Sequence record: NC_028925.1
Source of the DNA: Escherichia phage vB_EcoM_VR25
Reading direction: 5' to 3' (one strand)
Length of the DNA stretch: 64,000 nt
Shown: positions 49,692-59,909 of the stretch, in pieces
Layout: every line of letters begins with the position of its first letter
How positions within the stretch are numbered: position 1 is the first letter of the stretch
Position numbers and translations under genes: made by a program
Notes under the pieces: generated by a model
The model's database searches: none
Seen by the model: only the letters and a program-made list of their open reading frames with translations
What the model was told of the DNA's origin: nothing

Positions 49692-51191
49692 ATGGATATC
49701 AAAATCAACTTTTTAAATTTTAGTCATGTACATGTTGAATGTGAAGATAGTATCTTCTATGAACTCCGTGACTATTTCAGTTTTGAAGCCGAAAACTATC
49801 GGTTTAACCCTAAATTCAGAGCGGGAGTTTGGGACGGACGTATCCGTCTCCTGGATTATAACCGTAAATTACCGTACGGCTTAGTTAACCAGATTAAAAA
49901 ATTCGCTGACCAGTTTGGTTATTCATTTTGGATTGACCCTCAAATCACCGAGAAAGAGGAAATCTCCCGTGTGGATTTCGATAAATGGGTCGAGTCAAAA
50001 GAAATCTATTCAGGCCATACCAAGATTACTCCCCATTGGTACCAAACAGACGCCGTATACGACGGTCTGGTCAACAGAAGAAAGATATTGAACTTACCTA
50101 CGTCTGCAGGTAAAAGCCTCATCCAGGCGCTCCTGGCGCGATATTATCTCGAGAACTATGAAGGCAAGGTTCTTATCCTTGTACCTACAACCGCGCTCGT
50201 TGACCAGATGATTAACGATTTCGTCGATTACAGATTGTTCCCTCGAGAAGCCTGTCTCGGTATCCGCTCCGGAACTAAACGTGATTCGGATGCAATGATT
50301 TATGTGTCTACTTATCAGACGGCAGTAAAACAACCTAAAGAATGGTTTTCACAGTTCGGTCAGTTTATGAATGATGAATGTCATATGGCTACTGGTAAAT
50401 CCATTTCGACCGTTATCGAAGGCCTGACTAATTGTATGTTTAAATTTGGTCTCTCTGGTTCTCTCCGTGATGGCAAAGCAAACCTTATGCAATATATGGG
50501 TCTGTTTGGTGATATCTTTAAACCCGTATCCACATCCCAATTAATGGATGAAGGCCAAGTTACTGACCTTAAGATAAATAGTATTTTCCTTCGTTACCCT
50601 GATGAATTCACCATTAAAATGAAAGGCAAATCTTATCAAGATGAAATCAAGGTAATTACAAAAGCTACGCGTAGAAATAAATGGGTAACAAACCTTGCAC
50701 TCAAGCTTGCTAAAAAAGATGAAAACGTCTTTTTGATGTTTAAGAATATCGAGCACGGTAAATCGATGTTTGAAATGCTTAAGGAAGCTGGTCATGAGAA
50801 TGTGTATTATGTTTCCGGGGAAGTTGATACAGAAACACGTAACGCATTAAAGGTCATGGCAGAGAATGGAAAGGGAATTATCGTTGTAGCTTCATATGGT
50901 GTATTCTCGACGGGAATTTCCGTTAAAAACCTCCATCATATTATTTTCGCTCACCCGGTCAAGTCAAAGGTAATTGTACTCCAGACAATTGGTCGTGTAC
51001 TTCGAAAACATGAATCCAAATCGACCGCAAACGTGTGGGACATCGTGGACGATATGGGGGTCAAACCCAAATCAGCAAACGCTAAAAAGAAATATGTTCA
51101 CTTGAACTTTGCACTGAAACACGCATTAGAACGTATTCAGCGGTATGCAGACGAAAAATTCAATTATATCATTAAACAGGTGGAAATATAA
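49692..51191 (+). CDS. uvsW: UvsW RNA-DNA / DNA helicase
   Basis: ORF track 49653..51191 trimmed to MDIKINF... (T4 UvsW starts MDIKVHF); helicase motif I PTSAGKS and DECH box. Confidence 0.88.
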   Translation: MDIKINFLNFSHVHVECEDSIFYELRDYFSFEAENYRFNPKFRAGVWDGRIRLLDYNRKLPYGLVNQIKKFADQFGYSFWIDPQITEKEEISRVDFDKWVESKEIYSGHTKITPHWYQTDAVYDGLVNRRKILNLPTSAGKSLIQALLARYYLENYEGKVLILVPTTALVDQMINDFVDYRLFPREACLGIRSGTKRDSDAMIYVSTYQTAVKQPKEWFSQFGQFMNDECHMATGKSISTVIEGLTNCMFKFGLSGSLRDGKANLMQYMGLFGDIFKPVSTSQLMDEGQVTDLKINSIFLRYPDEFTIKMKGKSYQDEIKVITKATRRNKWVTNLALKLAKKDENVFLMFKNIEHGKSMFEMLKEAGHENVYYVSGEVDTETRNALKVMAENGKGIIVVASYGVFSTGISVKNLHHIIFAHPVKSKVIVLQTIGRVLRKHESKSTANVWDIVDDMGVKPKSANAKKKYVHLNFALKHALERIQRYADEKFNYIIKQVEI

Positions 51192-51418
51192 TGAAGTCAT
51201 TTGAAGAAATTATGTATGAAGCGGCAATTGAAAGCTTCATGTCTAAGATAGGTTCTTGTCAGACCATGGACGGTCTGAAGGAGCTGGAAGGTTATTATAA
51301 AAAGCGCAGCAAAGAAGCTGAATTGAAAGATTCCGATGATATCAGTGTTCGCGATGCTCTAGCGGGTAAACGTGCCGAGCTTGAGGATATGGACGACGAA
51401 GAAGACGAAGATTTCTAA
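51191..51418 (+). CDS. uvsW.1: UvsW.1 small acidic protein
   Basis: ORF track 75 aa; overlaps the uvsW stop. Confidence 0.65.
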   Translation: MKSFEEIMYEAAIESFMSKIGSCQTMDGLKELEGYYKKRSKEAELKDSDDISVRDALAGKRAELEDMDDEEDEDF

Positions 51419-51420
51419 AT

Positions 51421-51449
51421 AAAAAGGCCCCAACCAAAAAGGAAGGGGC
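51421..51449 (-). terminator. rho-independent terminator (minus): GCCCC-N13-GGGGC then U5
   Basis: read directly downstream of the small minus-strand ORFs that follow uvsY. Confidence 0.45.
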
Positions 51450-51475
51450 AAAACCAAAATGGTTAACAACACTAG

Positions 51476-51643
51476 CTAAATTAAAAGTTGGGTCTCGTTC
51501 AGTTGCTCTTGTGTATTTTCCGTAACTGGCAAACTCTGAACATAATTATAACAGGCGCCCGGATGCACCGGACCTTGGTCTGTATCCACAACCAATGCAG
51601 AATCGATTGGAGTTTTACAGACAACACAAATCTTATCTGACAT
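51476..51643 (-). CDS. small Cys-containing protein (uvsY.-2-like position), 55 aa
   Basis: hand-translated MSDKICVVCKTPIDSALVVDTDQGPVHPGACYNYVQ...; GGAG RBS; below the ORF-track size cut-off. Confidence 0.4.
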   Translation of the reverse strand: MSDKICVVCKTPIDSALVVDTDQGPVHPGACYNYVQSLPVTENTQEQLNETQLLI

Positions 51644-51675
51644 GATTGTCTCCTCAGTTAAACTTACATATCTAT

Positions 51676-51780
51676 TTAGTGCTTCTTTAATGCGGCATTA
51701 ATAAACTGTTGAAATTCACGCATCTTCTCTTCAGAAGGTTTTAATGGTTTTCTAATATTTGCTTTACGACAACCCATCAT
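51676..51780 (-). CDS. very small basic ORF (34 aa), possibly uvsY.-1-like
   Basis: hand-translated MMGCRKANIRKPLKPSEEKMREFQQFINAALKKH; ATG overlaps the uvsY stop (ATGA). Confidence 0.25.
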   Translation of the reverse strand: MMGCRKANIRKPLKPSEEKMREFQQFINAALKKH

Positions 51781-52211
51781 TTACCTGCCTCAAATTGTCT
51801 TATTTCTAACATATGTTTAAGCGCGAAACTTCGTGACTTAACACCATCTAATGCAGCGCTACAGAAGTCCTGGAGCAGTGCCCAATATTGAATTGAAGTA
51901 TCAATCTTAAGCACGCTTGAATCTGCAGCCATGACTGTTTTCAATTCTGACTTCTCGTACACATCCATGCATACTTCTTCCCCTGGGTCACCCCTTCCTG
52001 TATAATGGTCAAGCCTCTTTTTAAGAGCTGTTTTCTTCTGAATCTCAAGACGCATTATTTCTTTCTTGCAGTTAGTATACAATCTCAACCATTTGCTATG
52101 CAACAAAACGTTGTTTTGTGTTTCATATTGAATTTGTGTACCATCAATTTTTAAATCTGCATCCAACTCATCCTGAAATACTTCCAACTTATATTCAATC
52201 TCTGTTTTCAT
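51777..52211 (-). CDS. uvsY: UvsY recombination mediator
   Basis: ORF track 51777..52241 trimmed to ATG at 52209-52211 because the upstream ATG lies inside the -10; C-terminus ...YWALLQDFCSAALDGVKSRSFALKHM...FEAGK matches T4 UvsY. Confidence 0.85.
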   Translation of the reverse strand: MKTEIEYKLEVFQDELDADLKIDGTQIQYETQNNVLLHSKWLRLYTNCKKEIMRLEIQKKTALKKRLDHYTGRGDPGEEVCMDVYEKSELKTVMAADSSVLKIDTSIQYWALLQDFCSAALDGVKSRSFALKHMLEIRQFEAGK

Positions 52212-52227
52212 AATGTATCCAATGTAA

Positions 52228-52264
52228 GGGTCTAGAACCATTATACAGCCATAAAATTAAAGCA
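52228..52264 (-). promoter_or_regulatory. middle promoter candidate for uvsY (MotA-box-like TGCTTTA, 12 bp, TATAAT, GGTTCTAGACC)
   Basis: minus-strand reading; T4 uvsY is known to have a MotA-dependent middle promoter. Confidence 0.5.
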
Positions 52265-52654
52265 TTAACCATTTTGACTTAACTGAATCCTGATTTGTTC
52301 GAGGGTGTCAGGGTCATCAACAATGCTGAACTGAACCGTTACGATGATGGAGTTATCATCATACATAGGGACAACCGCAACCTGTAGATTGCTTATCCTT
52401 GGTTCGAAGTTCCGCACCGCGGAGACGATGTTGCGTTTAATAGTATCTGTGATTAATGGAGTGATATTCTCAAAAAGCTGATTACTTATATCACATCCAA
52501 ATTCAGGCATAAAAGGCCTTGACCCTTTTCTTGTGGTGATTATTCCCAGAAGACTGTTCTTAACAGACCTTGCACCAGTTACTTTAGCAACGTCTTTATC
52601 CCAACTCATTGACAAGTCGGGAGGCACATCGCTATACATTTTGTTTATATTCAT
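52265..52654 (-). CDS. 25: gp25 baseplate wedge protein
   Basis: ORF track 129 aa; ...SLLGIITTRKGSRPF.PEFGCD... matches T4 gp25. Confidence 0.9.
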   Translation of the reverse strand: MNINKMYSDVPPDLSMSWDKDVAKVTGARSVKNSLLGIITTRKGSRPFMPEFGCDISNQLFENITPLITDTIKRNIVSAVRNFEPRISNLQVAVVPMYDDNSIIVTVQFSIVDDPDTLEQIRIQLSQNG

Positions 52655-53278
52655 TTACATAAACTTAAAGAATTCTTTAAGCCCCTTAATTACATGGACA
52701 GAATGCGCTCCACACTCACAAGAGATAGGAATAGCCATTTGGACCTGTGGCTTGAGAAGTTCTTCCGTTAGTGCATTGATATCATCGAGGGTAATTGCAT
52801 TGTACAGGTCCTCGATTTCGGCCTCATTTAAGTCATCAACAACGATGCGCTCGCCGCCTTCCGTGATAATATATTCAATGCAACAAGCAATCATTTTTCC
52901 TTTATCACCGTCTTCAAACAGCCCAGGATAACGGAATTTGATTTTAAACGACCCGAAATCACGAATAACTTCAGACTCGTCCACGATGCTCGCACGGCTA
53001 ATCGTTACCGGAATATCTTGTTCCTTTCCACACTCACATACCCATGTATGCTCGACGTTGACAGCTCCGAGACTATTTGCCCAGAGATTAATAAGAAGCA
53101 GTTCAGCTTCCTGTTTGTTTAACCCTTTAGCATCAGTGCATTTATTAAGCAGTTCAATTATTGCAGGTTCCATACGCTTTTCTAATTTTGCCTGAAGCAA
53201 ATCTTTATATTCGCGCAAGGTAAAAGCCCTACAATTTATAGTTTTATTTTTAATTTGGACAATAAATTCATAAGTCAT
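52655..53278 (-). CDS. 26: gp26 baseplate hub protein
   Basis: ORF track 52655..53311 trimmed to ATG at 53276-53278 with AAAGGAG RBS (207 aa; T4 208). Confidence 0.75.
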   Translation of the reverse strand: MTYEFIVQIKNKTINCRAFTLREYKDLLQAKLEKRMEPAIIELLNKCTDAKGLNKQEAELLLINLWANSLGAVNVEHTWVCECGKEQDIPVTISRASIVDESEVIRDFGSFKIKFRYPGLFEDGDKGKMIACCIEYIITEGGERIVVDDLNEAEIEDLYNAITLDDINALTEELLKPQVQMAIPISCECGAHSVHVIKGLKEFFKFM

Positions 53279-53299
53279 AATTTGCTCCTTTACTGTATT

Positions 53300-53307
53300 T
53301 ATAAATA
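53300..53307 (+). promoter_or_regulatory. late promoter TATAAATA
   Basis: exact octamer upstream of gene 51. Confidence 0.5.
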
Positions 53308-53331
53308 TCAATAAAGATAAAAGGGGATTCT

Positions 53332-54084
53332 ATGGCCAATATCGTAAGATGTGAAATGCCAGACGGAGTTCATCGTTTCAAACCGTTTACAGTCGCTGAT
53401 TACCGTGATTTACTGCTTGTGCGAAACGACATGAACAACAAACCCGTCGAAGAACAAAAACAATTATTAGACGAACTGTTAGAAGATTATTTTGGAGAGT
53501 ATCCGAAAGCATGGAGACCTTACATATTCTTGAAGGTATTCACTTCCTCTATCGGCAAGACAAAAGTCCCGGTAGCGTTCGAATGTCAAAAATGTAAAAA
53601 GACAAAGCAGACTTTGTTTAACATGAGTCAAGGCCCATTGATAAATCCAACGATGGAAACCGCAGGGATAAAAATACAATTTAAGTTCCCTGAAATGGAA
53701 TATAAAGATAAGTCGGAGCTTGTTCTAAACACCATCCAGACTGTCGAAGACTCAGAACAAAAGTACAATTGGGAAGACCTTCCTGAAGAAACGAAGATGC
53801 AGGTTATTGATGCCATTGATATAGAGAGTCTCGAAGAGCTCCTTAAGAAAATGCACTCGATTTATCTTCCATTTACATATGGTTGTTGCGAAAAGCACAA
53901 AACCGAATACACTGACCTGCTTGATGTCTTTAAGCTCATCCTTAACCCGGATGAAGTCTTTATATTTTACCAAATTAACCACTTGCTGGTAAAGAATCAA
54001 TATTCGCTGGATAGCATCATGCACATGATTCCTATCGAACGAGGTATCGCTTTATCGTTAGTTGAGAAGGACTTGAAGAAATGA
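53332..54084 (+). CDS. 51: gp51 baseplate hub assembly catalyst
   Basis: ORF track 250 aa (T4 249); conserved position. Confidence 0.78.
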   Translation: MANIVRCEMPDGVHRFKPFTVADYRDLLLVRNDMNNKPVEEQKQLLDELLEDYFGEYPKAWRPYIFLKVFTSSIGKTKVPVAFECQKCKKTKQTLFNMSQGPLINPTMETAGIKIQFKFPEMEYKDKSELVLNTIQTVEDSEQKYNWEDLPEETKMQVIDAIDIESLEELLKKMHSIYLPFTYGCCEKHKTEYTDLLDVFKLILNPDEVFIFYQINHLLVKNQYSLDSIMHMIPIERGIALSLVEKDLKK

Positions 54085-55250
54085 CAGCTAAATCTATGCA
54101 GCGCGAAGGCTTTCCTAATATCAGCATACGCCTTTACGAAGATTATGATGCCTGGCTTGAACACCGTTTTGTAGAACTGGCTGCAACATTTACAACGTTA
54201 ACCATGCGTGATTCCCTTTATGGAAGAAACGAGGGGCTGTTGCAATTCTATGACACAAAGAACTTACATACAAAAATGAATGGCGAACAAATTATTCAGG
54301 TCTCCGTTAAGAATGCCAACTCAGACCGAACCCAATCCAGGATATACGGAAGCAAGCACTTTGCTGTTTCTGTGGATGCAAAGGGTGATAACATAATTAC
54401 AATTCAACTGGCACCGATTCATGAAATTGAGGACCTGAAATTTAGCCGTATGTTTTACCCGAGTGTACAAGAAACATTAGTCGAAATGACCGGGGTAATT
54501 TATCAGGACCGACCATTACTTGCTCCTCCGATAAACGGCATAAACGTTTATGCTCCTAATGTTCCATGGTGTGATTCGATGAACCAATATATGGAATTCA
54601 TAAGGGAAGTAGGTCTTGCGGTTGAGTCTGATAAATTTGTATTTGTTTGGGAAGATATCGATGGCATAAGTATTCAGGATTATGAGTGGTTAACCACCCA
54701 AGAGCCGATTAATTTTGTGGTAGGAGAACCTCGATTGGTTGGTCAGTTTGTACAAAACCTCGAGACTCCGTTAGCCTTCGATTTTGAATGGTTAACAAAA
54801 GCAAACCAACATACAAGAAAACCATATGAAAACGCAACCGTGTACGCGCATTCATTCCTTGACAAGAATGCAACCAGAATAACTTTTGGGGAAGGACAAA
54901 ACAGCATTCTGGTATCTCGTTCCGGGGGCTATTCGGATTACACATACCGAAATGGTTTCGAGGAAGCACAACGATTAATAACCATGTCTCAATATGATGG
55001 TTACGCGCACTGCAAAACATACGGGAACTTTGAATTAACCCCGGGTGATAAGATTAACTTCTATGACCCGAAGAACCAATTCAAATATGATTTTTACGTA
55101 GACGAAGTTATTCATGAAGTGAGTAACAATACATCAATTACAAACCTCTATATGTTTACCAATGGTAAGCCTATCGAAGTTGAAGAACCACCGAAGGTTA
55201 AAAATGAACTTAAAACTGATTCTGCCGACGAAGAAAATACAGCTGGGTGA
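54081..55250 (+). CDS. 27: gp27 baseplate hub protein
   Basis: ORF track 389 aa (T4 391). Confidence 0.88.
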   Translation: MTAKSMQREGFPNISIRLYEDYDAWLEHRFVELAATFTTLTMRDSLYGRNEGLLQFYDTKNLHTKMNGEQIIQVSVKNANSDRTQSRIYGSKHFAVSVDAKGDNIITIQLAPIHEIEDLKFSRMFYPSVQETLVEMTGVIYQDRPLLAPPINGINVYAPNVPWCDSMNQYMEFIREVGLAVESDKFVFVWEDIDGISIQDYEWLTTQEPINFVVGEPRLVGQFVQNLETPLAFDFEWLTKANQHTRKPYENATVYAHSFLDKNATRITFGEGQNSILVSRSGGYSDYTYRNGFEEAQRLITMSQYDGYAHCKTYGNFELTPGDKINFYDPKNQFKYDFYVDEVIHEVSNNTSITNLYMFTNGKPIEVEEPPKVKNELKTDSADEENTAG

Positions 55251-55722
55251 TAAAGAGATTCACGTTCCTAAGCTTGGACTCAAGCATCACAATCTGATTA
55301 AAAACGAGGCCAACCCTTACGCTGCATTAAGAAAGGTTATGCAATCGATATTCCCTAATCTTACGGCAGCCGAATCCGACTTTGTATCCTTACATCTTCT
55401 GGAATTCAATGGCAAGCTAAAAGACAAACGCGAGATTAATGGATTTACATATAAGCTGGACGATGTTTATATCTGCCAACGTCTTGAATTCTCTTATCAA
55501 GGAAAGACATTTAAATTCCGCTCGAATAAACCGTATGAAGAATTCGGGCCAGTTGACAATCTTCTGGAGACTCTTTATCTCGGGGAAGATGTTCCAGACT
55601 TTCTGGATATGCCTGCTTTTGTTGCTAAGTGGGCAGACGATATCACAAGCACATTAGCAATCCCGGGCCCGAATGGTCCTGTTAAGGGGTTACTGAAAAT
55701 AATGGAACTCCTAAATGAATAA
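55204..55722 (+). CDS. 28: gp28 baseplate hub distal subunit
   Basis: ORF track 55162..55722 trimmed to internal ATG ([11 protein letters not shown]...); overlaps the gene 27 end in another frame. Confidence 0.72.
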   Translation: MNLKLILPTKKIQLGDKEIHVPKLGLKHHNLIKNEANPYAALRKVMQSIFPNLTAAESDFVSLHLLEFNGKLKDKREINGFTYKLDDVYICQRLEFSYQGKTFKFRSNKPYEEFGPVDNLLETLYLGEDVPDFLDMPAFVAKWADDITSTLAIPGPNGPVKGLLKIMELLNE

Positions 55723-57460
55723 GAACTCCGAACAAACGAGCTTCAGACGCGGTGGACCGAATAAAAAGCTTATCGAAGAATTAGCACCACAAAGGAGGGC
55801 GGAAGCCCTCTCTGCTGAACAGAATGATGAACTATCGAATCTGAATACGACTCTTACAAATACTCAGGCTGCGACCGAACTTGTATCGGAAGCTATTGAG
55901 GATAAGGGTAATCAGATTATCGAGAATATCCAAACCAATAATGGAGTCCTCCAGGATATCAGTGCCGGGGTCGAACTGACGGCTGAAGCCACCGAGAAGA
56001 CTCAACAAGGGATTAAAAACCTCACGGATATTCTCTCGGATAAGCTCGACAAACTCAGCGCAATGATAAGCGGTAAAATAGGCGTCACGTCTCCTGTGGC
56101 TGGTTCTGAAAGCCTTAAACCCGTTGAGGATGCATTACCAGAGCCTGAAGAGAATAAGCCCACAGCGAGCGTTCCAGCGCTTATACCACCCGAAGAACAA
56201 AAGCCAGATGCAGACTTCATACCGGAACCGGAGCAGCCAAAGAATGATGCAGAAGGTAAAGAGACTAACACTTGGTCTCTCGGCGATAAGCTTGACACTC
56301 TTTCGAAGATAACCGAAAAAGGATTTAAGGCATCGGTTTCTGTAGCCGACCGAATCTCAGGGATGCTGTTCAAATACACAATAACTGCGGCAGCAGAAGC
56401 AGCTAAATTAATAGGCGGATTATTGTTGTTGGTATTCGGTATCGATGCAATACGAGTTTACTTCCAATATTTTATGAAGCAATTTGAAGCTGGTTGGAAA
56501 GAATTTAATGATAAGTTCAAAGAGTGGGGGCCGTTACTCGAAGGATTAATGACTTGGGCTAAGAATGCTGAAGCTATGTTTAGTGAAAGAAATTGGCTTG
56601 GGCTGGCAGAAGCTATTATCCGTGGAATGGTTAACTTAACGAAGAATATGGCTCAACTTCTTATGCTTGGTATTTCAAAATTAATCTCGGCTATCTTAAG
56701 TAAAATCCCTGGGATGGGTGACCTGGCAGATAATGTGGAAGCCTCTGCGTTGATGTCTTATCAGCAAAACACGGGCGCAGCCCTTGATGATGAAGACCAA
56801 ACGAAGATAGCTAAGTATCACGATAAACGTTCGGCCGAAGCAATGAAAACTGCGGAGAAGATGAATAAGAAGTATAAGGATAAACCTGAACTGATTAATC
56901 AAGCCGAAAAATATGGCAATCTTACCAAGGAACAAGCTGACCAGCTTCGTGCGGGTGGTATTGACACAAGCTTCAGAGACCTTCCAGAAGAAGAACGTCT
57001 GGACTATTTCAAGAAGCGTGATAAAACCCAAGCCGATATTATTCGTTTAACCCAGACTGCAGATAACTTAATGAAGCCAGATGCAACCGATAAAAAGAAT
57101 GCTGAAGCCTCATATAAAGCAATCCAGGAACAGTTGGCTGACCCTGTTATGGCAAAAGGTGGAGCCCCGAAAGACCTTAATATGCATGCCCTCCTGGAAA
57201 AACTCGATAAGTCTCTTGAGAAGTTCAAAGACGAACCGAAAGTTAAACCACCTGATGTTAAGGCTTCTCCGGATGCACAACAAGCTGCGAAGGTTGACGA
57301 AGGCATGAAGGCCAAAGAAAATAAATACAAGGATGCACCAGCTAATGCGCAAATTAACACGGTCAATAATATTCAGAAGACTTCCAGGACGCAATACAAT
57401 ATGCCTCCTCAAAGTTCAACCCCTGCCCCTGGCATGAGACAGGCCACGAGAATTAACTAA
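55715..57460 (+). CDS. 29: gp29 baseplate hub / tail length determinator
   Basis: ORF track 581 aa (T4 590). Confidence 0.85.
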   Translation: MNKNSEQTSFRRGGPNKKLIEELAPQRRAEALSAEQNDELSNLNTTLTNTQAATELVSEAIEDKGNQIIENIQTNNGVLQDISAGVELTAEATEKTQQGIKNLTDILSDKLDKLSAMISGKIGVTSPVAGSESLKPVEDALPEPEENKPTASVPALIPPEEQKPDADFIPEPEQPKNDAEGKETNTWSLGDKLDTLSKITEKGFKASVSVADRISGMLFKYTITAAAEAAKLIGGLLLLVFGIDAIRVYFQYFMKQFEAGWKEFNDKFKEWGPLLEGLMTWAKNAEAMFSERNWLGLAEAIIRGMVNLTKNMAQLLMLGISKLISAILSKIPGMGDLADNVEASALMSYQQNTGAALDDEDQTKIAKYHDKRSAEAMKTAEKMNKKYKDKPELINQAEKYGNLTKEQADQLRAGGIDTSFRDLPEEERLDYFKKRDKTQADIIRLTQTADNLMKPDATDKKNAEASYKAIQEQLADPVMAKGGAPKDLNMHALLEKLDKSLEKFKDEPKVKPPDVKASPDAQQAAKVDEGMKAKENKYKDAPANAQINTVNNIQKTSRTQYNMPPQSSTPAPGMRQATRIN

Positions 57461-57468
57461 GGAATAAC

Positions 57469-58569
57469 ATGAAAGTAAAAGAACTCGATTTCGATTTAGA
57501 TATTGCGGGTTTATTTAACGGAGGTTCTAAGACCTCCGCTGGGCAGTCAAAAGCTGCCCAGACTCAAGCTACTATTGTGGCGCAATATCCAGCAGAACGA
57601 GCTTCCGGTAATGATTCTTCAGATGATATGCGAGTTAATGACCTTTATAAAAATGGTCTGTTATTCACGGCATACAATTTCAGTTCAAGAACATCTCCGG
57701 AATTACGCTCAGACCGGTCAAGCCAATTGACTTCATTAAAGAAAGTTTCCAATGGTGCTTCATTTAACCCGGTTAAAAGTTTAACATCTTTTGCTAAATC
57801 AAAATTAACCGGCTCCGGTTCAACAGGTAAAAGTTTTGATTCGAACGCTGTTGCAAATATCCTGTTGCCTCGTTCGAAGTCTGATGTAGAATCCGTATCG
57901 CATCGATTCAATGATGTTGGCGAATCTCTTGTTACGAAAGGCGGCGGCTCAGCCACTGGTATTCTTAGTAACATCGCATCGACTGCAGTTTTTGGCGCGC
58001 TCGAATCAGTTACAAACGGTGTAATGGCCGACCATGGCGAACAGATTTACACAACGGCAAGAAGCATGTATGCTGGTCCGGATAACAGGACAAAAGTTTA
58101 CACATGGGAAATGACTCCACGTAGCGCGCAAGACTTAATCCAGATAGTGAAGATATACGAGATTTTCAACTATTATTCTTATGGTGAAACTGGTAAAAGC
58201 TCCTTTGCTTCCGAGCTGAAAGATAAAATCGATACGTGGTATAAATCCACCTTCAAAAAGGAAGCAATCGATAACTTTGATGGTAAGTTGCTCGGTGAAG
58301 AGATAACAAGCTTCTTAACGAACGTTCTGGTGGTCTCTAACCCTACTATCTGGTATATCCGCAACTTCGGTGATACAAGCTCATACGATGGCCGTGGGGA
58401 GCTATTTGGGCCATGTCAGATTCAGAGCATAAGATTCGATAAATCTCCGGATGGTCATTTCGGTGGATTAGCTATTGCTCCTAACCTGCCATCGACTTTT
58501 GTACTTGAAATCACTTTCCGTGAAATCATTACGCTTAACCGTGGCTCATTATATGCGGAAGGTTTCTAA
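57469..58569 (+). CDS. 48: gp48 baseplate tail-tube cap
   Basis: ORF track 366 aa (T4 364). Confidence 0.85.
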   Translation: MKVKELDFDLDIAGLFNGGSKTSAGQSKAAQTQATIVAQYPAERASGNDSSDDMRVNDLYKNGLLFTAYNFSSRTSPELRSDRSSQLTSLKKVSNGASFNPVKSLTSFAKSKLTGSGSTGKSFDSNAVANILLPRSKSDVESVSHRFNDVGESLVTKGGGSATGILSNIASTAVFGALESVTNGVMADHGEQIYTTARSMYAGPDNRTKVYTWEMTPRSAQDLIQIVKIYEIFNYYSYGETGKSSFASELKDKIDTWYKSTFKKEAIDNFDGKLLGEEITSFLTNVLVVSNPTIWYIRNFGDTSSYDGRGELFGPCQIQSIRFDKSPDGHFGGLAIAPNLPSTFVLEITFREIITLNRGSLYAEGF

Positions 58570-59528
58570 TGTTTACTTTACAAGAATTTCAAACACAAGC
58601 GATTAATATCGACTTGCAGAGGAATAACCTTTTTAGCGTGGTCTTCGCGACCGCGCCTTCCTCTAAATCTCAGAATCTATTGGACCAGTTCGGTGGTGCG
58701 TTATTCAGTAACCTTCCTGTTAACTCGGATTGGTTTGGTTTAACGCAAGGCGACTTAACCCAGGGAATAACAACTCTTGTTACTGCCGGGACACAAAAGC
58801 TTATTCGTAAATCAGGGATAAGCAAATATCTTATAGGGGCAATGAGTAACCGTGTTGTGCAATCATTATTAGGGGAATTTGAGGTTGGTACTTACCTGCT
58901 TGATTTCTTTAATATGGCTTATCCAACTGCTGGGCTATTAGTTCACTCCGTTAAGCTTCCGGACAACACATTGAACTACGAAATGGACCTTAACCATAAC
59001 GCGCCAAATATCAAGATAACAGGGAGAGAATATTCTCCGTTGGTATTAAGCTTTAGAATGGATTCAGAGGCAGGGAACTTCAGAGCATTTAACGATTGGG
59101 TTAACTCTGTACAGGACCCAGTTACCCAGCTAAGGGCTTTGCCTGAAGATGTTGAAGCAGATATTCAGGTCAACCTTCACTCACGTAATGGATTGCCACA
59201 CACGGTTGTTATGTTAACTGGTTGTGTTCCTGTAAGTGTATCTGCACCTGAATTGAGTTATGAAGGGGATAATCAGATAGCTACATTTGATGTGACTTTT
59301 GCTTATCGCGTTATGTCAACTGGGGCGGTGGGAAGAAATGCTGCATTAGAATGGTTAGAAGATAAGGTTATTAAGGGTGTATCTGGTATTAGTTCAGATA
59401 ACAACTTGAACGCAGAAGTTGCCAAATTGAGTCGCCTGTCTGGTGCCCAATCTGGATTAACAAGTCTGTACAATACGTTCACTGGTTCTGGGAGAGCAGT
59501 CTCTGGTGGAAGTCAACGTATATTATAA
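58569..59528 (+). CDS. 54: gp54 baseplate tail-tube initiator
   Basis: ORF track 319 aa (T4 320). Confidence 0.85.
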   Translation: MFTLQEFQTQAINIDLQRNNLFSVVFATAPSSKSQNLLDQFGGALFSNLPVNSDWFGLTQGDLTQGITTLVTAGTQKLIRKSGISKYLIGAMSNRVVQSLLGEFEVGTYLLDFFNMAYPTAGLLVHSVKLPDNTLNYEMDLNHNAPNIKITGREYSPLVLSFRMDSEAGNFRAFNDWVNSVQDPVTQLRALPEDVEADIQVNLHSRNGLPHTVVMLTGCVPVSVSAPELSYEGDNQIATFDVTFAYRVMSTGAVGRNAALEWLEDKVIKGVSGISSDNNLNAEVAKLSRLSGAQSGLTSLYNTFTGSGRAVSGGSQRIL

Positions 59529-59535
59529 AAAGAAA

Positions 59536-59557
59536 GGGACCCGAAGGTCCCTTTTTT
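59536..59557. terminator. terminator GGGACC-CGAA-GGUCCC with flanking A-run and U6
   Basis: read directly between gene 54 (+) and the convergent minus-strand genes. Confidence 0.6.
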
Positions 59558-59846
59558 ATTTGCGGAATGAAATGAAACCTGCTACAGTCATTACAGCTTC
59601 TTTCTTAACAAAGACTGTAATCGCAATTGGTGCTTCAGATTCAAGCTGTCCAGTTACTATACCATTAAAAATATTTTCTGTTTGTTCAGAATTTACAAAG
59701 TTTTCAACAGGGCGAAGGTCGAACTTCTTATCTTCACCAAATACACGTCGTAATTCATTACCCACTGCGCTGTCAAACTCTTCTGAAGCTGGGATAACAT
59801 TCTCAACTACCAGTTCCTGACCATTAAAGCGAAAAGATGATTTCAT
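59556..59846 (-). CDS. hypothetical protein (alt.-1-like position)
   Basis: ORF track 59556..59879 trimmed to ATG at 59844-59846 with GAGGA RBS. Confidence 0.45.
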   Translation of the reverse strand: MKSSFRFNGQELVVENVIPASEEFDSAVGNELRRVFGEDKKFDLRPVENFVNSEQTENIFNGIVTGQLESEAPIAITVFVKKEAVMTVAGFISFRK

Positions 59847-59909
59847 TTTGTTTTCCTCATGTGCAATTGATATGAACATTGTATCGCACTTCCTTGTGCT
59901 TGTAAACCC

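Noticed and set aside
55162-55250. Programmed frameshift joining genes 27 and 28
   Set aside because: No slippery heptamer seen; gene 28 has its own in-frame ATG (MNLKLILP...) and ordinary overlapping gene starts are common in this module.
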